Notes under the pieces: generated by a model | The model's input: the letters and a program-made list of their open reading frames with translations, nothing else | Database searches by the model: none | What the model was told of the DNA's origin: nothing | Position numbers and translations under genes: made by a program | In this document: positions 42,940 to 51,615 of the stretch, in pieces | How positions within the stretch are numbered: the stretch's first letter is position 1 | How the letters are laid out: the number at the start of each line of letters is the position of its first letter | Assembly: GCF_030684315.1 (NCBI RefSeq) | Contig: NC_081396.1 | Location: forward strand, 4,712,001 to 4,776,000 | Length of the DNA stretch: 64,000 nt | Origin: Stegostoma tigrinum | Lineage: Eukaryota | Reading direction: 5' to 3'

Positions 42940-43745
42940 TTCCATGAATCATTAAATCTCTCTATTCATGCTGTCTGTCTGTCTCAAATTCTATTCGTCT
43001 ATCTAATCACATGGCATTCAGGATGCCAATTCGATGCACAATTGGGTAAACGGCAAGGGACAGAGAGTGGTGATGGAGTGTTCTTTTTTTCGACTGGTGG
43101 CTTGTTTCCGTTCATGTTCCACAGGGATTGTTCCTGGGTGCACTTTTGTTTAACATTTATGTGAAAGACTTCGATGAGAAACTCACAGGCCTTGTTAACA
43201 TGTTAATCGTTTCTAACAGAATTGCAGGGATAATGGGCAATGAAGAACATTATTTAAGATTGCAGACTGATCAATAGGGTGATCTATTGACTGGATCAAT
43301 AGGGTGAGGAGTGCAGAGGGAGTTCAATAGAACAGGCAGGCCTCGTGGTTTAGGAACATGATACTTCGGCAGTGGCATCATCAGATGTTGAAGAAGGTGT
43401 GTCGTACGCTTGCCTTCATTGATCAATCATTTGAGTAGCAGAGTTGGGAAGTCATATTCAGGACATTGTCGAAGCCTCACCTGAACTAATGCATCCAGTT
43501 CTGGCCTACTTGTTATTGGAAAATATATTATTTAGTTGGAGAGATTTGAGAAACTATTTCCCAGGATTTTGCTCGGAATGGAGGACTTGAGTCATCAGGT
43601 GCGACTTGTGCATAACTAAATAAATCAGAAAAGTTTGGAAGGATATGGGCCAAGCACAGGCAGGTGGATCTCATTCAGTTTTGAATTATGTTCAGCATGG
43701 ACTGGTTCGGCCTATGTGCCTGTTCCTTTACTCTTTTATTATCTG
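42940..43745 (+). mobile_element. Decayed CR1 RT/3' fragment
   Basis: Decayed GTTCCACAGGGA (VPQG) and GAAGCCTCACCTGAACTAATGCATCCAGTTCTGG (RPHLEYCxQFW) motifs, followed by a CR1 3'UTR. Confidence 0.6.
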
Positions 43746-43752
43746 AATATCT

Positions 43753-44011
43753 NNNNNNNNNNNNNNNNNNNNNNNNNNNNNNNNNNNNNNNNNNNNNNNN
43801 NNNNNNNNNNNNNNNNNNNNNNNNNNNNNNNNNNNNNNNNNNNNNNNNNNNNNNNNNNNNNNNNNNNNNNNNNNNNNNNNNNNNNNNNNNNNNNNNNNNN
43901 NNNNNNNNNNNNNNNNNNNNNNNNNNNNNNNNNNNNNNNNNNNNNNNNNNNNNNNNNNNNNNNNNNNNNNNNNNNNNNNNNNNNNNNNNNNNNNNNNNNN
44001 NNNNNNNNNNN
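43753..44011. other. Assembly gap
   Basis: Run of N. Confidence 1.
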
Positions 44012-45449
44012 TCAAAATGACAATGTGCTGTCGCAATCCTCCAGTGAATTCATATTTCCATAGTGTCTGAAACTCTGCAAATGCTTCCTTTCACGATAAA
44101 GGTACACAACTGAAAAATAAACCTGAATCTAACAATGTTGCGAGGCATATTTGTTGATGCACGGGTGATGGTTTTGTTTTGAAGCCAAGCGGTCAACAGC
44201 GAGGAGAAGCATTTTTGATTTACTGCTGACACTATCAATGTTTCCGGTACATGAACATTTGAAGTCCAGGATATTTTCTGCAATTGGCTTGATTGCTGTC
44301 GGACATTGTGCCTCACAGATTAAAGGCATATGAATCAATTAAAATGGAGCTTCACCAAAGTCACTTTTTTATTTCTTTTCCAATTGCAGGCAAAGGATAT
44401 ACATCACTTGACATGTCTTCCTTGAAAGACTTCACCGAGTTCAGCGCTGACTGTGTGACTTTGAAAAAGACTGGAAATTTACTTTGCACCAGTTATTTCT
44501 AATACTTCCAAATAAAAGTCATTCTCGTTCGTTGTTTATAAACTAATTTGCTGTCATGGACTATTTCAAAGCTCAAGAACGTGAAGCCAACTGATCCACA
44601 TTTGCATTGCAGGGGCATTTGTGATCACCTCAAACTAAATTTACAAAATTTAATTTGTTTGAACTCGCATGGATTGTTGCCACATTCTCTTATCATTTAA
44701 ACTGTGTGAGCAATTTATATATGGCTGGCGCTGATTTCGTGTCATGCTTAATTTCTGCCGGTGTCTCTTTTTTGACAGTGCCTGTCAGAGCTACCAAGGA
44801 ACGGAAGAATGATCAGTTTATGACCTGCGTCAGTGGCAATCATTAGAATACTCTCGAACTGACCATACACTCATGATGTACCTGCACAGTTACCTACAAT
44901 TATTTGGTTGCTGGGGCAATTTTGTGTTTTTATTTAGCTTGTCGACTGACCTGTTCTGATTCATTAGATTCTCTTTCAAAAGCTGATTTGAATGTTGCTT
45001 TTAACTGTCAATTCGCTGTTTATTTATTAGTCATGCAGTTTTCCATTATTGTGTATTTCCAAATGATTATGTTGAGGCAAACCAATTTGAAAAATATTAA
45101 ATGAGAGACGTTGTTTAAATTAACAATCTTTTTCTCATCCTTGAGTTCAGAAACTTGGAGTGTCTGTAAAAAGCAATTTTATTGGCTGATAATGTTATTG
45201 AATATTTTACTCGATTTCTCTGTTTGTCAATGAAGTTCAAGAAATAAAGTGAGTTCATTTCGAATTGGGAATTTTACTGTCTTAAGTAAAATAATGAAAA
45301 CTGTCATCTGATCAATACCTCACGCTGCTTAACTGCACATTCGCCATTAAAAATATGCGAATACGTCTCATCAATCTGTACAACAAAACAAATAACACAA
45401 GACAGAAAAATGTCCATGTTAAGAGTAACCTTTCATAAATTTATTAGCC

Positions 45450-45554
45450 CATCTGTGAGAGCTGTAGCAGGTCATATGAGGATTCAGTCTCAGCCTCCAG
45501 CAGAAATCCAATGGGCGGAGCCTGTGAAACGTCCCCCTCTGATGGGCATATAAA
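45450..45554 (+). promoter_or_regulatory. IgH V-gene promoter: E-boxes, CCAAT box, GC box, TATA box
   Basis: TATAAA at 45549-45554, ~90 bp before the leader ATG. CCAAT 45508-45512 abuts GGGCGGAG (Sp1) 45513-45520. E-boxes CATCTG 45450-45455 and CATATG 45473-45478. No ATG between TATA and the leader start. Confidence 0.75.
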
Positions 45555-45643
45555 TTCTGGTCACTGCACCGTCATTCAACACTCCTCAATCTGGGGTTTG
45601 TTTCGAAAGCTCTTGACAGAAACATTGTTCCCAAGTTATCAGA

Positions 45644-45692
45644 ATGGTGACGACGACAATTTTTCTGAATTTGTTACTGACCTTCTTATCCT
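45644..45692 (+). CDS. IGHV: IgM heavy-chain leader exon (MVTTTIFLNLLLTFLS + phase-1 T)
   Basis: ATG in strong Kozak context (AGAATGG), hydrophobic signal peptide typical of shark IgM leaders, donor GTAAGT at 45693. A 127-bp intron splices in frame to the V exon (T|GT = Cys, giving ...FLSCVQS). Confidence 0.93.
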
Positions 45693-45819
45693 GTAAGTAC
45701 TTATTCTTCAAGTTTCTGTTTGTTGTTGTCCCAATGTCAGTTTACCACTGTCATGTAAAAGATTCAGGAATCAGTTCAGCAGTTAAAATGATGATTTTTT
45801 TTTTGCTTTATTTCTGAAG

Positions 45820-46124
45820 GTGTCCAGTCGGAGGTTACATTGGTTCAACCACAGGCAGAGACTGTCCGTCCTGGAGGCGCCATAAGACTGTCCTGTAAAA
45901 CCAGCGGATTCGATCTTGGCAGCTCTGGCATGAGTTGGATCCGACAGGTGCCTGGCAAGGGGCTGGAGTGGATCGTTTACTACTATAGTTCATCGTACAG
46001 TAATTATGCGCCAGCGATTAGAGACCGATTTACTGCGTCCAAAGATATTTCAAAAAACATCTTCGCGTTGGAAATGATGAGCCTGAGGATCGAAGACACT
46101 GCCATCTATTACTGTGCAAGAGAC
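45820..46124 (+). CDS. IGHV: IgM VH gene segment exon, germline and unrearranged
   Basis: Acceptor AG at 45818-45819 after a T-rich tract. Open frame (C)[101 protein letters not shown] with canonical Cys, WIRQ, GLEW and DTAIYYCAR. Followed immediately by an RSS. Confidence 0.97.
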
Positions 46125-46163
46125 CACAAAGCGAGAAACAGCGGCTGGACAACTACAAAAACA
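46125..46163 (+). other. VH 3' recombination signal sequence (23-bp spacer)
   Basis: Heptamer CACAAAG 46125-46131, 23-nt spacer, nonamer ACAAAAACA 46155-46163. Confidence 0.9.
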
Positions 46164-46510
46164 GCTCGAAGAGAATCTTTGTACATTCCAAAGTAAAATG
46201 ACGATTAGTACATGGTTTTCACGACTGTATTGTAAAGTAGACCTCAAACTGCTTCTGACAACACAATCGCAAAGGAAATGAGCCATTCAAACGAACAAAC
46301 CAATCAATAAAACAGGGAAATGTTTCGGACATGTCTGAAAGCTCCATTACTTAAAGAGTTGGACACAATGTTAAATTTAATATATCTGACGCTTCAATAA
46401 ATCTCGGTCAATTGTTTTATGTAAACGATAGCATTAATTCCACAATGATCAGTACTAAATATCTATTTCACATCAAAATTGAGAGAGAATTTTGAACAGA
46501 GATTAAGCGC

Positions 46511-46538
46511 AGCTTCTGTGTGGATTTACATCACTGTG
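46511..46538 (-). other. D1 5' RSS (12-bp spacer)
   Basis: Nonamer AGCTTCTGT 46511-46519, 12-nt spacer, perfect heptamer CACTGTG 46532-46538. Confidence 0.88.
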
Positions 46539-46552
46539 ATACTACAGTGGGT
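46539..46552 (+). CDS. IGHD: IgH diversity segment D1 (ATACTACAGTGGGT)
   Basis: 14 nt between two perfect heptamers, 414 bp after VH. Resembles shark D1 (TACTACAGTGGGT core). Open in all three frames (ILQW, YYSG, TTVG). Confidence 0.93.
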
Positions 46553-46590
46553 CACAGTGATGTGCACACCGACATCCGCATTCAAAAAAC
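46553..46590 (+). other. D1 3' RSS (22-bp spacer)
   Basis: Perfect heptamer CACAGTG 46553-46559, 22-nt spacer, nonamer TCAAAAAAC 46582-46590. Confidence 0.88.
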
Positions 46591-46918
46591 ACTGACAAGT
46601 GTTTCATTCAAATTGGCAAATACGGCCGTAGCAGGAGAGAAAAATAATGTGAGACTTCAATAAAATGCAGTCCATTCACGTTCATTTCTGGAAATGTATA
46701 AACTTATTCTACTTTTTTTCGTGTTGGCAGTCAAGTTAAATGTACACCAAACTTTAAATAATCTTCCAAGCGACTTTAAACACATAAATGGGGAGTACAC
46801 GCTGAAATACTGCACTGAATCATTCTTCAAGGAGTTCAAACCAGCATTTTGTTTTATTTGTTTGTTTTTATTTGAGGAAGCAATGAAATTAAGTATCTGC
46901 ATTTTACAGATCCACAAT

Positions 46919-46946
46919 AGTATTTGATACAATGTTTCTCAACGTG
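46919..46946 (-). other. D2 5' RSS (12-bp spacer)
   Basis: Nonamer-like AGTATTTGA 46919-46927, 12-nt spacer, heptamer CAACGTG 46940-46946 (reads CACGTTG from the coding end). Confidence 0.75.
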
Positions 46947-46959
46947 ACATACTGGGATG
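46947..46959 (+). CDS. IGHD: IgH diversity segment D2 (ACATACTGGGATG)
   Basis: 13 nt flanked by two 12-RSSs, 394 bp after D1 and 392 bp before JH. Open in all frames (TYWD, HTGM, ILG). Confidence 0.87.
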
Positions 46960-46987
46960 CACTGCAGTTATGATCAATACAAAAGCC
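46960..46987 (+). other. D2 3' RSS (12-bp spacer)
   Basis: Heptamer CACTGCA 46960-46966, 12-nt spacer, nonamer ACAAAAGCC 46979-46987. Confidence 0.85.
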
Positions 46988-47312
46988 CGTCCAGCTCTAA
47001 TTGTCCGAAACTAAGTTAGTGCTTACGATCACAAAACTTCTAAACGCGCTGTGCAGTATTATTTGTGTTGCGTATTACTCACTTATCACGATTTAATTTG
47101 TAATAACGAAATAATTATTGATAACCAGTTGGTGGTTTTGACAATCAGTTAATGTATTATTCTGTGAAGTGTAAATCATTAGAATCATTTGTGACGAATG
47201 AGCAGAATGCACTTGCACAATCTCAACAGACTGAAAATTAGCCTTGATTTTATTTTACCTCTGGTTGGGAATATTAAAATAATGACAGCTTTTATTTGTT
47301 TTGTGCAGAGCC

Positions 47313-47351
47313 GTTTATTGCGTGACCCCGTCCAGGGAATGTAACATTGTG
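47313..47351 (-). other. JH 5' RSS (23-bp spacer)
   Basis: Nonamer-like GTTTATTGC 47313-47321, 23-nt spacer, heptamer CATTGTG 47345-47351. Confidence 0.8.
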
Positions 47352-47399
47352 TCTACTTTGCTGACTGGGGACAAGGAACCATGGTGACCGTGAATTTAG
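47352..47399 (+). CDS. IGHJ: IgH joining segment JH (YFADWGQGTMVTVNL + phase-1 G)
   Basis: Canonical WGQGT motif. Donor GTAAGA at 47400. Phase matches the Cmu1 acceptor (G|TG = Val). Confidence 0.96.
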
Positions 47400-48970
47400 G
47401 TAAGAAATTTGAATGTTCTCAGCAACCGGTATATTTGTTTTACTGACTTAAGTAATTCATGAGTTAAATGAAACTCGGATTCTGGGATGTGTTTAGTTTG
47501 GTTCCAATTGACTTTTCTGCAAAGTGATGATAAGCTACATTTAAGTCTCAGCAAATAAATAAAGTGCTGGTGAGGGATTCAGTTACTCAGGGTTTCTCTC
47601 ATTTTCATTAAACAGTGAAACTGTCTCTTCAATTCTATGACGTTGAGACAATGTTTAATGCCATTGACGCCCAATATCTTCGAGATAGTATCCACAACAG
47701 ACGTTCAGAATTTGAAGATGTTAAAATATTCCCAAGCATGAACAAAATGTGCTAAAATATTATTAACAATTTCTTGATAATATTCCACGTGCAAAATTCT
47801 GATCTTGTCGTGGCTGCATTTTGTGGTGTAGTATGTTATTTTAGTTGATGACAAGTACGTTCATATCTGTATTGAATTTTCCTTGCCGTGCCCCAGTTCA
47901 CTCTGTTGATTTCAGTTGAGCAGTTTGATTAACACAAAGGATTTTCCATCATTTCAATCGATTGATTCAAACTGTTTGGATTCTGAGTTTGTTTTACTTG
48001 ACACTGTTGAATTTTTTTGCTTTCATTCTGAATTTGTTTCATTTGATTTTGTTGAATTCAGTTGATTGAATTCTGTTTCTCTGTTGAGGAGACTGTCCAT
48101 ATGCATTACTTTTAATTATTAATATTGTTTGAAGTTCTTTGCTTTCACTGCATCGTTTCTGCACTTGCTGAACTCAATTGGCGACATTCAGCTTACTGAT
48201 TGATTTAAAACATTATATCCGTTTGCAATTGTCTGAATAACTGACTTAATGCAGAAACACAAAAGATTTGAGGATTAAAACAAAAATGCAGCATTTTCGT
48301 GCATTGTTTTGATTTAAAGTCAATTGTAGTAATAAAGTAAGTTAAGTCTGATCTTACCATCCTCAATCAAAATACAATTTGGTTCCAACATCTCAAAATG
48401 CCGAAATGATTAGCCTTCATGACTGATTGTAAAGTTATTATTAGTACAATTATAACGCGGTAATAGGTGGACATTGACCTAATTTTGTTTCTAACTGAAA
48501 GTGATTAATCAATGTATGCATCTGATCGGTCTACTGTAAAGTGCTCGCAATTGGCATGAACGGGAAGGAAATACAGATTGGAATAAATTGAATGTCTGCT
48601 AAAAGCGTGCTCAAATTTGTATCTTGTTAAGTTAGTCAACTTTCAATTAAGCCTGCTGTTTTGACTTCTCATTTCAATATAATTTACTAATTAGCGTGTT
48701 TGATGGTGCGCAGCTTTCATGGATTCTAGTTTGAGATTTCATTCACGATGTTACAGTTCTGATGAAAATGCGTGCAGAGTCAATTCAGCTGCAAACACAT
48801 TCCTGTCCCTCACTGTTGTGATTTGGTGATTTCTGCTCTCTTGAGAAGATAATTCGTCCGGGGGTATCAAAGTTCTGACATTTGTGAAGCGGTTTCTGGT
48901 CTCGACAACGTTTTACCATTGTTTACATGATTGGTGACAGTAAAACGGTCGAGTTTTCTCATTGAATGCA

Positions 48971-49320
48971 AACAAAATGCAAGTTTGCTCGCTGAGTGAA
49001 AAGGATGGTTTTCAGACGTTTCATCACCATTCTAGGTAACATCATCAGTGAGCCTCCGACGGGCTTCGTCGAAGGCTCACTGATGATGTTACCTAGAATG
49101 GTGACGAAACGTCTGAAGGCTTCGTCGGAGGCTCACTGATGATGTTACCTATAATGGTGACGAAACTTCTGAAGGCTTCATCGGAGGCTCACTGATGATG
49201 TTACCTAGAATGGTGACAAAACGTCTGAAAACTAAGCTTCCAGCTCAGCGAGCAAACTCACATCCCGAACCTCAACCTGAGCTACAAATCTTCTCAAAAC
49301 TCGCCAACAAAATGCGAGTT
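48971..49320. mobile_element. Penelope-derived fold-back (pLTR) element with three tandem 56-bp units and 15-bp target-site duplication
   Basis: Direct repeats AACAAAATGC(A/G)AGTT at 48971-48985 and 49306-49320. Left arm 48982-49060 is an inverted copy of the right part. 56-bp units start at 49062, 49118 and 49174. Confidence 0.82.
49062..49241 (+). ncRNA. Tandem minimal type I hammerhead ribozyme motifs (three copies)
   Basis: Each unit reads CTGATGA-T-GTTACC-loop-GGTGAC-GAAAC-GTC (core, stem II, core, cleavage triplet). CTGATGA at 49080, 49136 and 49192. Copy 1 intact, copy 2 has GAAAC-TTC, copy 3 has AAAAC-GTC. Activity untested. Confidence 0.72.
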
Positions 49321-50870
49321 GAAGTTTCCTGAGGCCTATTATTAGGAGAAAGGCAGACGGCAATGGTTTGGAAACTGAGGAGAAACAGATAACCTAAGGA
49401 ACAATGATTACTTTGATGTCAGTGTGGCTGATTAAATATAAACGATGACTTGCAATCAACTCTTTCGATCACAGGATCTTTCATTATATAATTCAAAAGT
49501 CACCGAGGAATACGAATCGAATTTCAAAATTTTAATGTTCCAATCTTGGTTGTGAGCAACAAAAACCGTAACGGTGATCAAGAATCAGCTCCCCACTCCG
49601 TCATGTATTCCAAACATATTTTCTGGATCGGAAAGTTAATTGGCAAAGGATAATTAGCAATTCTTCTGAAATACTGAGATGAAGAACAGACCTATTTCAA
49701 TGCTTTGAACAGTTTTACAAATAACTGATATTATTTAATCGTTATATCCCTGATTCAACAAGATTTGTAGGAATAAAAACAAAACTTTAACTGAGTGATT
49801 TCATCTGCACAGCTGTCTACTTTTTCCGAATCCATGTAGTTAAAATGTACCCAGTTGTAACTTACAACGTCATGTCAACTCAAGGGTCACTCATTCAGAT
49901 TCAACTGATGTCGTGGATTATATGACCAAGGCTAGAGTTTGTATTAATTACACTTATCCAAGCATGAACGCATCATGTGAAAGCTTGAGCAAATGCATAA
50001 AATGCCTTGTATATCAATGTGTTGAGACATGTGCAGAGTTTACTATTTTCCGGAAGCAATAAGTACAGAGTGTGAGAACACATTGCTTATTTCAAACAGT
50101 AAAATTGAACGTTATTTCCTTCAATTAATGTACTAGAGAAATTGTTGCAACTTAGCCATCTGAAGGATATTGTTCGCATTAGTTGAATGCAATTATCATT
50201 TATTTAGAGAGCAGGTAAAGTGGGCAACTCCCAGCAGAAACACCTTTTAAATTCATACATTTTTTTTAAAAAAACGTATCCTTCACTGAAAAGCAGCTCA
50301 TCAGACAATTAACTCGGCATTGCGAAACGAACCTAACAGCAAATATTTTTTCTTCGTTTTTCAACAGAAATTGTTTTCCACAATATAACGCAATTTGTTT
50401 CTGTGCAGTGTGTGCAAAATCTCCAAATTTAAAGAACTGTGTCAAGAAAATACGAAATTAATTTCGATAATTAATCATTTCCTCTTGACTTTTGCTTAAA
50501 TTAGTCAAATGTCCCGTCTCAATAATTTGGTTTATCATAATGTCTTATGAAATGTATTGAAGGAGTAGGTAATCTCTATTCAATGTGAAAGCATTCCCTT
50601 TCCTGTTAATACTTATCTGCGGACCAGTTTCTTTTAACAAAGTTAAATTAGAGTTAATCTGTAATATTTGACATGGATTAAATAGATTTATTAACGAGGT
50701 TCAAAACTGTTGGATGGTTTGTGCATGTGCTATTTCTGACCAACTTGATAAGTGGCCTTAACCTTTGTCAATCTTCTGGTTTGGTCTCCAGTAACTGAAG
50801 CAATTCGTTTTCATCTGGTGCTTCAAAACTTCTTTTATCTGCCATTAATATCATATTTACTTGGCCCCTC

Positions 50871-51237
50871 GGAAATGAAAACCCTGACCAAATCACTAAA
50901 ATTAGAGCGAACAATACAGAAATGAAAGACAGACTGCAGGTGTTTTGAAATCGTTTGTTAGAAATAATATAACTGCCTTTTGAGTTACCTTTAACTGAGC
51001 GAGGCAGTTGAAATGGCATGTGATTTATTTCATTCCTCCCTCAGTTTTCTGTTCCCTGTTTGGGGGCACAATGTAGAATCAGCATTCATTGTGCATCTTA
51101 TTATTGGAGTACATATCATTGGCTGTTCATGTTACTGGTAAAGGTTAAATTAGGCTTCAAAGGATTTTACTGCATTTGCATTCGAGCAGATCATTTGATG
51201 CAAAAACGCAAATTATTCTATTGGAAAGGGACTTCCC
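50871..51237. promoter_or_regulatory. Candidate J-C intronic (E-mu-like) enhancer
   Basis: GGAAATGAAA (EICE) 50871-50880, CTGCAGGTGTT (muE5) 50934-50944, AAATGGC/CATGTG (YY1/muE3-type) 51011-51022, ATTTGCAT octamer 51174-51181, GGGACTTCCC kB site 51228-51237. Motif evidence only. Confidence 0.5.
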
Positions 51238-51287
51238 CAGGTTTGAAATCTAATAAAACTGATTTTATAGCAATGGAATTGTTAGTG

Positions 51288-51615
51288 TTAGATTAGATTC
51301 CCTACAGATTCCCTACAGTGTGGAAACAGGCCCTTTGGCCCAACAAGTCCACACCGCCCCTTGAAGAATCCCACCCAGACCCATCCCCCTATAACCCACA
51401 CACCCCTGAACACTATGGGCAATTTAGCATGGCCAATCCACCTAGCCTGCACATCTTTGGACTGTGGGAGGAAACCGGAGCACCCGGAGGAAACCCACGC
51501 AGACACGGGGAGAATGTACAAACTCCACACAGGCAGTCGCCCGAGGCTGGAATTGAACCCGGGTCCCTGGCGCTGTGAGGCTGCAGTGCTAACCACTGAG
51601 CCACCGTGCCGCCCC
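51288..51615 (-). mobile_element. Near-intact tRNA-derived SINE (HE1/V-SINE type) with CR1-derived tail
   Basis: Minus strand starts GGGGCGGCACGGTGGCTCAGTGGTTAGC (A box) ... GGGTTCAATTCC (B box). V-domain TCTGCGTGGGTTTCCTCCGGGTGCTCCGGTTTCCTCCCACAGTCCAAAGA. Tail GGCCTGTTTCCACACTGTAGGGAATCT..AATCTAATCT. Confidence 0.9.

Noticed and set aside
45511-45696. 61-aa ORF over the promoter and leader, and the ORF-track extensions of the V, Cmu1 and Cmu2 frames
   Set aside because: It starts upstream of the TATA box and is out of frame with the leader. The extensions run through RSS or splice donors and are artefacts of unspliced ORF calling.
46110-46116. Embedded heptamer TACTGTG at the VH 3' end as a VH-replacement signal
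   Set aside because: It follows from the Tyr-Cys-Ala codons, and I found no upstream donor VH in the preceding 45 kb.
49062-49229. 56-bp repeats as a CRISPR array or an Ig switch region
   Set aside because: Units abut with no unique spacers, the context is eukaryotic, and they are not G-rich or AGCT-rich. The hammerhead/Penelope structure with TSD explains them.
51540-51615. tRNA gene
   Set aside because: The tRNA-like A/B boxes are the head of the SINE and continue into a V-domain and a LINE-derived tail.
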